From the NCBI GenBank assembly GCA_963665125.2, contig CAXXUK010000001.1, positions 960,001-1,024,000 on the forward strand: DNA of 64,000 nt, written 5' to 3'. The stretch is from an uncultured Desulfarculus sp. (GTDB taxonomy: Bacteria > Desulfobacterota > Desulfarculia > Desulfarculales > Desulfarculaceae). Under the pieces are notes generated by a model. That model had not been told where the DNA came from. It ran no database searches and saw only the letters and a list, made by a program, of their open reading frames with translations. The translations under genes were made by a program, and so were the position numbers. Shown piece by piece: positions 40,416-49,613 of the stretch; positions within the stretch are counted from its first letter, which is position 1; each line of letters starts with the position of its first letter.

Positions 40416-40443
40416 TTTTCGGCTGTTTGGCTGAAAAACTTTA
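40416..40443 (-). promoter_or_regulatory. sigma28 (FliA) promoter of flaG
   Basis: Minus strand TAAAGTTT-N12-GCCGAAAA. Confidence 0.65.
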
Positions 40444-40542
40444 ATAAAAAAAGAAAAAAGCCCGAATTCCCCGAACTGGAGCCATTTGTGACCCTGGGGT
40501 AGAATAACCCTGCTCTTCGATAACCCAACCGTGGATTAATAA

Positions 40543-41544
40543 ATGAATTTGACTCCCAGTGATTCGGAAAAAGCGGTTCTGGCCAGCATCTGGCATGAAC
40601 AGGAAAAAGTGGGTGGTCCGGTCGTGGACCTCACCTCCAAGATGGTGATCGCTCCTGACAAAGCAGAGGGCGCATCCGTGCAATCGGTGGAGCGGGCGGT
40701 GGTGGATAGATTGGGGTGGCCTCAATGGGCACGGTTATACGCCAAACCGCCCCAGGCCATTATCTCCGCCGGAAAGTGGGCCCGGAACCAAGGTCTTCCC
40801 AGCGGTGTCTGCTGGATGGCCCCCGGCGCCGGAGCTCCGTTCGACCCGCCCTCCGGCGAACCGGGGGTGTTCGTCCTGCGGGCTGACTGGACTGAATCCA
40901 CCGAAAAGCTGCAACAGGCCGCCGCCCAGGCCAAACAAAAGGGCGGATTGCTGATCGTGGACGAATCTTCAACCGGTTTTCGGTTGGCTGCCGGTGGCGC
41001 GGTTGAGGCCCACGGTTTGGAGCCGGACGCGGTTTTATACGTGTTTACCTTGCCCGGCGGCAGAAAGGCTGCCGTGCTGGCCGGCAAGGGCGAGGCGGCG
41101 CCCGAAGCTAAAAAACCGCCCCAGGACGACGTGTTGAACCTGGTTGCCGGTATGCTCCAAGGCATTGGCCGGATGGACACTGCTGCAAGAATCGCCGAAC
41201 TGGGGCGTCTATTTTGTACGGGCCTGGAATACTATTGCCAGCAGAACGGTCTGACCGACGAGGTTACCATTGAAGGGCCCGTACAAATGCCGAGGCTTTC
41301 CGGACGCAGGGTGTGGGCCTTTTTCCAATTGGCCAGGGAGGAAGGTATTTTTCTTGAACCCCTGGTTCTGTTTGGGGCAGACATGGAGCCCGGCGATATG
41401 CCAAACTTGGTGTGGCGTCGTCTGGCCAGGGCCATAGCCAGGCTGCGGGTGCTTCCCGAAGGGGCCATGGCGCCGAAAGGATGGAAAGAAGCCGCGCCGA
41501 GCAAGTGCTTGCGCGTGGACGAAATCTTGCGCAGCCTGGATTAG
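40543..41544 (+). CDS. Degenerate class III aminotransferase-fold protein (HemL-like) lacking the PLP lysine
   Basis: LLIVDESSTGFRLAAGGAVEAHGLEPDAVLYVFTLPGG. Confidence 0.65.
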   Translation: MNLTPSDSEKAVLASIWHEQEKVGGPVVDLTSKMVIAPDKAEGASVQSVERAVVDRLGWPQWARLYAKPPQAIISAGKWARNQGLPSGVCWMAPGAGAPFDPPSGEPGVFVLRADWTESTEKLQQAAAQAKQKGGLLIVDESSTGFRLAAGGAVEAHGLEPDAVLYVFTLPGGRKAAVLAGKGEAAPEAKKPPQDDVLNLVAGMLQGIGRMDTAARIAELGRLFCTGLEYYCQQNGLTDEVTIEGPVQMPRLSGRRVWAFFQLAREEGIFLEPLVLFGADMEPGDMPNLVWRRLARAIARLRVLPEGAMAPKGWKEAAPSKCLRVDEILRSLD

Positions 41545-41577
41545 CCGGGCAACTTATTGCCGACGGGAGAGCACCGT

Positions 41578-42072
41578 ATGATGTGGATCAACTCCAAGAA
41601 ATGGCTGGCTGTGGCCGCCGTATGCATTTTTACCATCTGTCTGACCGGGGCCGCCGCCGCCGAGGAACAGGCGAAAGTTTCTGGCGAATTTGTTGTAGAG
41701 GGCGCCTTCCAACCCGGTAAGGAGGTGAAGGCCCAATTGGAGCTGAATATAGCCAAGGGCTTCCATATAAACAGTGACCCCGACCAAAAGCCCATCGGCA
41801 TGCCTATGAATATCACCCTGGAGGCTGACAAGTCCCTTGAGTTGAAGGAAGTAGTCTATCCCAAAGCCAGCAAGGTCAGACTGGCCTTTTCAAAAGATCC
41901 GGCACCGGTCTTTGAGGACGAGGCGCAGTTTACCATCGTGCTAAAGGTCGCTTCCGATGCGGCCAAGGGCCAATACAAGGGCACGCTGGTGGTGGAATAC
42001 CAGGGATGTGACGACAACGTTTGCCACATGCCCGAATTACTGGAAATCCCCTTTGATTACGAGGTCGAATAA
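41578..42072 (+). CDS. Stand-alone DsbD N-terminal (Ig-like) domain protein
   Basis: Signal peptide; IAKGFHINS, YP, YQGCDDNVCHMP. Confidence 0.85.
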   Translation: MMWINSKKWLAVAAVCIFTICLTGAAAAEEQAKVSGEFVVEGAFQPGKEVKAQLELNIAKGFHINSDPDQKPIGMPMNITLEADKSLELKEVVYPKASKVRLAFSKDPAPVFEDEAQFTIVLKVASDAAKGQYKGTLVVEYQGCDDNVCHMPELLEIPFDYEVE

Positions 42073-42174
42073 GACCTGCGTTCAAGCTGGTCCTGTTGAC
42101 TTGAAAAATATCGGATGTGCCCAAATGAGAGCGCCTTCCGGTCAAAGGCCGGAAGGCGTTTTTTATTCGGATCG

Positions 42175-42804
42175 CTAATCTGTATTCTGACTCGTTGTGC
42201 TGTCGCTGGAGAGTTCATCCACGACTCCGGGGGCGTTGTCCGACAGGCGCTTGCGGATGATCCTCCCAACGATCACGGTGCCCACCATGACGGTGAGCAG
42301 CACGGCCACGACAATCTGCATGTTCTTAAACAGGCTCAGGTTGTTGGACAGCCATCCGCCAAAGAAATAACCCAGCCCGCCGAATGTGATGGTCCACAAC
42401 AGCGCCGAGGCGAAATTAAGCAGCATGAAGCGCCACGGTGGGATATGGGAAATGCCGCAGGCCAGGGGTATGACCATGCGCAGGCCGTAAAGAAAGCGTG
42501 AAGACAGAATAAGGGCCACGGCGTGCTTGCGTACCAGTTTTTTTACTTCGTCGGCTTTTCGGCTCATGCGCCTTGAACGGCGGAGAATGTCATTGCCCCG
42601 CCATAGACCCAGGAAGAAAAAAAGCTGGTCCCCGATAAAACCGCCGGCCATGGCTGCCAAGGCAACGTAATACGGATTGAGCAGTTGTTTGCGGGCGGCT
42701 ATGCCCGCCAGCAGAAAAAAGGTTTCTCCTTCGAGAAAGGTGCCCACAAAAAGGGCCCAATAGCCATAGCTGGTGATCGCTTGTTCTATAATATGATTTT
42801 CCAT
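42175..42804 (-). CDS. DedA family membrane protein
   Basis: YGYWALFVGTFLEGET, GDQLFFFLG, SRFLYGLR. Confidence 0.92.
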   Translation of the reverse strand: MENHIIEQAITSYGYWALFVGTFLEGETFFLLAGIAARKQLLNPYYVALAAMAGGFIGDQLFFFLGLWRGNDILRRSRRMSRKADEVKKLVRKHAVALILSSRFLYGLRMVIPLACGISHIPPWRFMLLNFASALLWTITFGGLGYFFGGWLSNNLSLFKNMQIVVAVLLTVMVGTVIVGRIIRKRLSDNAPGVVDELSSDSTTSQNTD

Positions 42805-42980
42805 GAAATATTCGTACGGCTGGTTTTCGGCGGCCGTTTTCGCCCTGGAAGTTTAACCCAGGGTGATGGGCAGTAGCAAAGATTTTTCTGCAATGAGCCC
42901 TGGCAGGTATTAGTTTTTAAACATGAGGGGCGGCATATCGATTGCAGGCGTAAAATTGCGCTTGAAATTGGGAGATTGCG

Positions 42981-43199
42981 ATGACAACCAGAAGCCAAAA
43001 AAAGCATCAATGCCCTGATTGCAAGCAATGCCAGGGTTGTTCGGAGGCCAGGTGCAATTTATGCCGCGGCCAAGCAGGTTCCGACGCGTTCCAGTTTGCC
43101 GGGCTATCAATGGCCGAGCAGATTGCCTTGTTCGATGCGGTAAACAAGGGCGAGGCGCCGGAAGGCAATTACAGGCATGCCTGCTCCTGCGGCAAGTAA
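42981..43199 (+). CDS. Small Cys-rich hypothetical protein
   Basis: CPDCKQCQGCSEARCNLC...HACSC; GGGAG RBS; terminator-like palindromes downstream. Confidence 0.7.
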   Translation: MTTRSQKKHQCPDCKQCQGCSEARCNLCRGQAGSDAFQFAGLSMAEQIALFDAVNKGEAPEGNYRHACSCGK

Positions 43200-43228
43200 C
43201 CTCGAACTATTACCCGTAATACAAGCAA

Positions 43229-43314
43229 CCGCCCAATACGCCTAGGCGTATTGGGCGGAAAATTCTTTGAAAAGGGTCTGGGAAAACCTTTCGTTTAAGA
43301 AAGGTTTTCCCAGA
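43229..43314. repeat. Two inverted repeats between convergent genes (terminator/REP-like)
   Basis: Perfect 30-bp palindrome at 43229-43258; 16-bp stem TCTGGGAAAACCTTTC...GAAAGGTTTTCCCAGA at 43277-43314. Confidence 0.75.
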
Positions 43315-43320
43315 AATTAT

Positions 43321-46017
43321 TTATGAGGCCTTTGCCACCTTAACGGCGCAGACTTTCAACTCGGGAATCTTGGCCACGGGGTCAAGCTTCTTGTCGGTCA
43401 ACCGGTTGGCTGCCGCGTCGGCATAGTGGAACGGCAGGAAGATCAGCTTGGGTGAGACCCGATCGGTGATGTTGGCGGCCGCGGTTATCTCTCCGCGCCG
43501 GGAACTCACCCGCACCATGTCGCCATTGGCCACGCCCATGGCCGCCGCATCCGCCGGGTTGATCTCCACCTGGCAAACCGGGGCCAGATCGTTTACACCC
43601 TTGGCCCGCTTGGTCATGGTGGCCGTATGGTACTGATAGAGCACGCGGCCGGTGGTCAGGGTGAACGGGTAGCCCGCATCGGGCAACTCGGCCGGCTCCT
43701 GGTGCTCCACTACGCTGAACATGCCCTTGCCCCTGGTGAACTGGGCCGTGTGGAGGACGGGCGTGCCCTTGTGTTTGACATCGGGGCAGGGCCATTGCAG
43801 GCTGCCCAGTTTTTCCAAACGAGCGTAGGTGATGCCGGCGTAGCTGGGGGTGACCTCGGAAATCTCGGTCATGATCTGTTTGGGGCTGCGGTAATTCCAG
43901 TCTAGGCCCACGCGCTTGGCCAACTCGTTGATCACCCACCAGTCGGCTTTGGCCTGGCCGGGGGCGTCAACGGCCTTGCGCACCAGCTGCACCCTGCGTT
44001 CAGTGTTGGAGAAGGTGCCGTCTTTTTCAGCCCAACATGCCGTGGGCAGGACCACGTCGGCCAGGGCGGCCGTCTCGGTGAGGAATATATCCTGGACCAC
44101 CAGGAATTCGCATGACTCCAGCGATTCGATGACGTGACGGGAGTCCGGGTCTGAAACAGCCGGGTTTTCACCCATGACAAACAGGAACTTGACATCGCCG
44201 TGGTGTATGGCATCCATCATCTCGGTGACGGTGAGGCCGGGCTTGTCGCCAAGGCCCTTGGCGCCCCAGGCGGTTTCCATCTTGCCCCTGGCCGCCAGGT
44301 CGGCGACAGGCTGGTAGCCGCTGAACACGTTGGGCAGGCCGCCCATGTCGCAGGCGCCCTGGACGTTGTTTTGGCCCCTGAGGGGGTTGACGCCGGTGCC
44401 GGGCCGTCCGATTTGACCGCAGAGCATGGACAGATTGGCCAGGCTCTTGACGTTGTCCGTGCCGTTGGTGTGCTGGGTGATGCCCATGGCATAGAAGATG
44501 GCCGCGCTTTCACTGGTGGCGTAGAGCCGGGCAGCCGCGCGGATGTCTTCCGCCGGAACGCCGGTGATCTCGGCGACCTTTTCGGGCGTGTATTTGGCCA
44601 CGCACTCTTTGAGCGCCTCAAAGTTTTCCGTGCGTTCATCGATGAACTTCTGGTTTTGCAGTCCTTCGGCGATGATGACGTTCATCATGCCGTTGATCAG
44701 GGCAGCGTCCGTGCCCGGGCGCTGGCGAAGCCACAGTTCCGCATCCTGGACCAGGCCGATCTTGCGGGGGTCGCAGACTATCAGCTTGCCGCCGTTGCGG
44801 GTGACATTTCGCCGCAGGACCGTACCGATGACCGGGTGGTTTTCAGTAGTGTTTGATCCGATGACCAGCATGCAGTCTGTGTTTTCCATCTCGGCGATGG
44901 AGTTGGTCATCGCGCCGCTTCCGAATGATGCCGCCAGACCGGCGACAGTGGAGCTGTGTCAGAGACGGGCGCAGTGATCGACATTGTTGGTGCCGAACCC
45001 CGCGCGGAAAAGCTTCTGGAAGAGGTAGTTTTCTTCGTTGGTAACCCTTGCCGAGGCCAGCCCGGCCAGGGCGTTTGCGCCGCTGTCGGCGGCGGCGGCC
45101 TTCATTTTGGAGGCGACAAGGTCGAGGGCCTCATCCCAGGAGGCCTCGCGGAACTGGCCGTTCTCCTTGATCAGCGGCGAGGTCAGGCGGTCGGGGCTGT
45201 CGATGAAGTCATAACCGAAACGGCCCTTGACGCAGAGGCGGCCCTGGTTTGGTTCGCCGACTTCCGCGGCCATGACCTTGACCACCTTGTTGTCCTTGAC
45301 ATGCAGTTCCATCTGGCAGCCGACACCGCAGTATGGGCAGGTGGTGCGGACCTTCTCCATCTCCCAGGAACGGCCTACGCCCTTGGCCTTTTTTTCGGTC
45401 AGGGCGCCGGTGGGGCAGACCTGCACGCACTGGCCGCAGAATACGCAGTCGCTGAGGTGGTAGGGCTGATCGCCGGCGGTAACTATCTTGCTGGCCGCGC
45501 CCCGGTAGCCGTAGCCGATGGCCCGGTTGACCTGTAATTCGTTACAAGCCTGGACGCAACGGCCGCAGAGGATGCACTTGCTGAAATCCCGGATAATCAG
45601 GGGGTTCATATCCTCGATGGGATAATTGGTGGTCCGGCCCGTGAAACGCACCATATCAACGCCGTAATCATAGGCAAGCTGCTGCAATTTGCAGTCGCCG
45701 TTGGCCTCGCAAACCAGACAGTTGTGGTCGCCGCTGGATAGAAGCAATTCCAGGTTTAGCTTGCGGCTGGCAATGACCTCAGGGGTGTCGGTCTGAATCT
45801 CCATGCCTTCGCCGGCCGGCACGGTGCAGGAGGCCATGAGGCTGCGGGCGCCCTTTATGGCTACCAGGCACATGCGGCAGGCTCCGGTGGGCGTGGCATC
45901 CTTGAGATGGCACAGGGTGGGAATTTCCACTCCATTGTCCCTGGCGACTTCAAGGATGGTTTGCCCAGGCTGGAAACCGACAACCTTGCCATTCAAGGTG
46001 AGAGTAGGTTTGGCCAT
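43321..46017 (-). CDS. fdhF: Cytoplasmic formate dehydrogenase alpha subunit (NuoG-like Fe-S N-terminus), selenocysteine-containing
   Basis: IPTLCH...GACRMC, CILCGRCVQAC, CPYCGVGC; in-frame TGA at 44961-44959 in [43 protein letters not shown]. Confidence 0.95.
44929..44947 (-). promoter_or_regulatory. Bacterial SECIS hairpin
   Basis: Minus strand TGTCGCC-GGTCT-GGCGGCA, 11 nt after the TGA; GGTCT apex like the E. coli fdhF SECIS. Confidence 0.85.
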
Positions 46018-46216
46018 GTCTTTCTCCGGTAATTAAAAAGGCCTTATTAGTGCCTTGTTTTTTTTAGAACCTATGAATTATGCCAAAACGAGATGCAAGT
46101 CAATAACCAGGTGTGATTGTGAAGGGCTAATTTGCATGTCAAATTGGGCATATATCAAAACTGACATATCATTGAAGCTTGCGGTCAATATAGAATTATC
46201 ATGTGATAAATAATTG

Positions 46217-46257
46217 TTGACATTGCCCTGGTGGATGTTTTATCGATTGATAAAACA
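46217..46257 (+). promoter_or_regulatory. Promoter with a palindromic operator (probable TetR site)
   Basis: TTGACA at 46217; TGTTTTATC-GATT-GATAAAACA at 46236-46257. Confidence 0.7.
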
Positions 46258-46279
46258 ATGCATGGAGGTTTAAGCCTGT

Positions 46280-46864
46280 ATGGGCAGAAAAAGTGTCGCC
46301 GACATACGCCGCAAGGAGATTCTTGACGCATATGAAGCTTGCGTCAGGGACTATGGCTTTCACCAGTCGAGCACCAGGAAAATAGCCGAAATCGCCGGGG
46401 TCAAACAACCGGCCATTGCTCACTATTTCGGCAACAAGGCCAGTCTGGTTCAGGCGCTGGTCGAAAAGGTAGGGGGCTACTATCTGTCCCGGCTTGAACA
46501 AACCCTGGAGGAGACCACCGGTGAGCAGCGGTTGGAAAAGGCCCTGGATTGGTTGTTCGGGCCCGATTTCCTGGGGCAACGGACAAAACAGCGCCCCCTG
46601 GCGGAATTGCTGGCGGCGGCCCGGCGCGATGACGACCTGCGCCAAAAGGTGGTGGAAATGTACAAGACATTTCTCTCCGCCTGCGAAGCGGAGTTGCGCA
46701 AGGTTTTTCCCGAAGCGCCCGAGGAAAAAACCAGACAGGTGGCCTATGGCGTATTGAGCATGGGTTCCGGTAACGACCTGATGGTCAGTATCGGCCTGGC
46801 ATATACAAACCGGAATTTGGCAAGGCGTTGCGCCGAGCAATTGATAATGAGCTTGCAGGGATAA
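46280..46864 (+). CDS. TetR/AcrR family regulator
   Basis: YGFHQSSTRKIAEIAGVKQPAIAHYFGNK. Confidence 0.92.
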   Translation: MGRKSVADIRRKEILDAYEACVRDYGFHQSSTRKIAEIAGVKQPAIAHYFGNKASLVQALVEKVGGYYLSRLEQTLEETTGEQRLEKALDWLFGPDFLGQRTKQRPLAELLAAARRDDDLRQKVVEMYKTFLSACEAELRKVFPEAPEEKTRQVAYGVLSMGSGNDLMVSIGLAYTNRNLARRCAEQLIMSLQG

Positions 46865-46904
46865 AAAGCGTTTACCATCGTCGGCATTGAATAAAGAGGA
46901 TCAG

Positions 46905-48134
46905 ATGGCGAAAAATAACAGAAAGAAAACCAGCTGGCTGCGCATCACATTAATTACCTTTGTTGCGCTGCTGCTTGTCGCCGCTGTTGCGGGCGTCTGG
47001 AAACATCGTGAAATCTACAGATTCTACAAGGTGGTCACCCTGTTCAACGAAGACCAGATAGTAGACAACTTCCGCAATATGGCCGGTATATTCCCCTTTC
47101 GCGAGGTGAAGAGGGAAGGCCCCGTGTTTGAATTCGGTTCGGCGCCCCAACCGCTTCCAGAGACATTTTCCTACAACGACAAGGACTACAACACCAGGCA
47201 GATGCTCAAGGACACATGGACCACCGGCCTGATAATCATCAAGGACGACAAAATCTGCTTTGAAGAGTATTACCTGGGCAACACGCCCGACACGCACAAT
47301 ATATCCTGGTCCGTGGGCAAGTCCTTTGTTTCGGCCCTGGTGGGCATAGCCCTGGCCGAAGGCAAGATCAAGAACATCAACCAACCAGTTTCGGATATCG
47401 TGCCCCAGCTCAAGGGCACGGGCTATGACGGCGTTGCGCTCAAGGACGTCTTGCAGATGTCGTCCGGGGTGCAATTCAACGAGGATTACGCCGACTACGG
47501 ATCCGACATCAACCGCATGGGGCGCACAATCGCCTTGGGCAGTTCCATCAACGGGTTCGCGGCCAGCCTAGAATCACAGCGCAAGCCGGGCACCTATCAC
47601 CACTATGTAAGTATGGACACGCAAGTCCTGGGCATGGTTCTCCAGCAGGCCACGGGCAAGAGCCCCTCGGAATATCTGCAAGAGAAAATCTGGAAAAAGA
47701 TCGGAATGCAGTCCGATGCCAAATGGGTCGTCGACGACTTTGGCATGGAACTGGTGTTCGGCACCCTCAACGTGACCTTGCGGGATTTCGCCCGCTTCGG
47801 CCGGTTGTATTTGAACAACGGCAACTGGAACGGCGAACAGGTCGTCCCGGCACAGTGGGTCAAGGACTCCACCACGCCGGACGCGCCTCATCTCCAGCCG
47901 GGCAAGAATCCCCTATCATCTTCCCGGTGGGGCTACGGCTACCAGTGGTGGATTCCCGAACACCCCAAGGGCGACTTCATGGCCCTGGGCGTGCATGGTC
48001 AGTACATCTACGTGAACCCGGACAATAAGGTGGTCATCGTGAAAAATTCTGCTGACCCGACCTGGAAATCCGGGCAAGATAGAAACTACATGGTTGTGGA
48101 GGCATTGCAGAGCATTGCCGAGCAATTGAAATAA
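46905..48134 (+). CDS. Serine hydrolase, beta-lactamase class C/NylB-like
   Basis: N-terminal TM; SWSVGKS (SxxK), LQMSSG, YVSMDT, RDFARFG, YGYQWW. Confidence 0.88.
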   Translation: MAKNNRKKTSWLRITLITFVALLLVAAVAGVWKHREIYRFYKVVTLFNEDQIVDNFRNMAGIFPFREVKREGPVFEFGSAPQPLPETFSYNDKDYNTRQMLKDTWTTGLIIIKDDKICFEEYYLGNTPDTHNISWSVGKSFVSALVGIALAEGKIKNINQPVSDIVPQLKGTGYDGVALKDVLQMSSGVQFNEDYADYGSDINRMGRTIALGSSINGFAASLESQRKPGTYHHYVSMDTQVLGMVLQQATGKSPSEYLQEKIWKKIGMQSDAKWVVDDFGMELVFGTLNVTLRDFARFGRLYLNNGNWNGEQVVPAQWVKDSTTPDAPHLQPGKNPLSSSRWGYGYQWWIPEHPKGDFMALGVHGQYIYVNPDNKVVIVKNSADPTWKSGQDRNYMVVEALQSIAEQLK

Positions 48135-48231
48135 CCCGCGGCCTGGCGAACGGGGCCGCCCGCGCGTAAAATAACGCGCGATGTGCCGCCGCCGGGGCGG
48201 CATTGGTTCTTATGTTTGGGAGGATTTTAGG

Positions 48232-49248
48232 ATGTCTGCTGAATGGTACGTTGCCGATGGCGGCCAGAGCAAGGGCCCCTATGACAAACAACAACTGCGA
48301 GAAATGCTGGCCAGCGGCAGCATAGGCCCCGAAACCATGGTTTGGGGGCCGGATGTCAGCGAATGGTCGCCCCTGGGCACCCTGGGCTTCTTGCAGGAGC
48401 AGCTCAGCCCCAAATCGCCGCCGCCGCCGCCCAAGAACGCCACTTCGGCCGATGTTATTGACTACCGCATCGAAGGCAACGAGATGCAGTTCGTGGAAAT
48501 CGAGCTGGACCCGGGAGAGTCGGCAGTGGCCGAGGCCGGGGCCATGCTCTATATGACCGATGACATCCAGATGGAGACTATTTTCGGCGATGGTAGGCGC
48601 ACGGCCAAGAAGTCCGGCGGCCTGATGGATTCACTGCTGGGAGCGGGCAAACGCCTGCTAACCGGCGAAAGTCTGTTCATGACAATCTTCACCCATAAAG
48701 GCAGCTCGCCAAAGGCTCATGTGGCATTCGGCGCGCCCTACGCGGGCAAGATTATCCCCATGCATCTCAACGAGCTTGGCGGTGAACTGATCTGCCAAAA
48801 AGACGCCTTTTTGTGCGCGGCCCGGGGCGTGGCCCTGGAGATAGCCTTCCAGAAGAAGATCGGCGCGGGCCTGTTCGGCGGCGAGGGTTTCATCATGCAG
48901 CGCCTGTTGGGCGACGGCCTGGCCTTTGTCCACGCCGGAGGCACCGTCTTTGAAAAAGACCTCCAGCCCGGCGAAAAGCTGCGGGTTGACACCGGCTGCC
49001 TGGTGGCCCTGATGCCCAGCGTCAATTATGACGTGGAGTTCGTCGGCGGCATAAAAACGGCCTTTTTCGGTGGCGAGGGCCTTTTCTTCGCCACCTTGCG
49101 CGGGCCCGGCCGGGTCTGGCTGCAATCGCTGCCCCTCAGCCGTCTGGCCGACCGCATCTACGCCGCGGCCAAGCAGGGCGGCGGCCAGCAAAAAGGCGAG
49201 GGCAGCCTGCTGGGCGGCGCCTTGGGCACTTTCTTCAATAACGACTGA
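48232..49248 (+). CDS. TIGR00266/AIM24 family protein with an N-terminal GYF_2-like domain
   Basis: [13 protein letters not shown]...TMVWGP...W; Pro linker; [29 protein letters not shown]. Confidence 0.88.
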   Translation: MSAEWYVADGGQSKGPYDKQQLREMLASGSIGPETMVWGPDVSEWSPLGTLGFLQEQLSPKSPPPPPKNATSADVIDYRIEGNEMQFVEIELDPGESAVAEAGAMLYMTDDIQMETIFGDGRRTAKKSGGLMDSLLGAGKRLLTGESLFMTIFTHKGSSPKAHVAFGAPYAGKIIPMHLNELGGELICQKDAFLCAARGVALEIAFQKKIGAGLFGGEGFIMQRLLGDGLAFVHAGGTVFEKDLQPGEKLRVDTGCLVALMPSVNYDVEFVGGIKTAFFGGEGLFFATLRGPGRVWLQSLPLSRLADRIYAAAKQGGGQQKGEGSLLGGALGTFFNND

Positions 49249-49365
49249 TGCAATTCAACCACGGTTGACCACGAGCCGGGCCTTTGGTCTGGCTCTGTTT
49301 TTTTGGTATCGGCGTTACCGTGTGATAGGCTTGAACCGGAAGGGCTGATTTTATGGGGGAAAACA

Positions 49366-49581
49366 ATGGAAGATAAAACAGCGTCTCCAGGACAACGCGG
49401 CGTTCCAAGATGCGACAGGTGCGGCGGCCAGCTCACTGCCGAATCCAGCTTTCGGCATCTTTCCGAAGTGTTGTGCGAAGAATGCTATATTCAGGCCCGC
49501 ATGCCTCTCAAACGCAAGACCCATTGGCAATACATCGGGTCCATCAAGGGCCAGTACTTCCGCGAAACCAGTGTAGATTAA
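49366..49581 (+). CDS. Small zinc-finger-like hypothetical protein
   Basis: CDRCG...LCEECY in 71 aa; GGGGGA RBS. Confidence 0.6.
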   Translation: MEDKTASPGQRGVPRCDRCGGQLTAESSFRHLSEVLCEECYIQARMPLKRKTHWQYIGSIKGQYFRETSVD

Positions 49582-49613
49582 CTACAGTTCGAAGGCATTA
49601 CGCCTTGGAAAAT

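Noticed and set aside
42981..43199. Cys-rich peptide as the RiPP precursor for the YcaO
   Set aside because: It lies 17 kb away with no linked maturation genes, and the Cys spacing fits metal binding better
43321..46017. fdhF as a pseudogene or two separate genes
   Set aside because: Same reason: in-frame TGA at the Sec position plus SECIS
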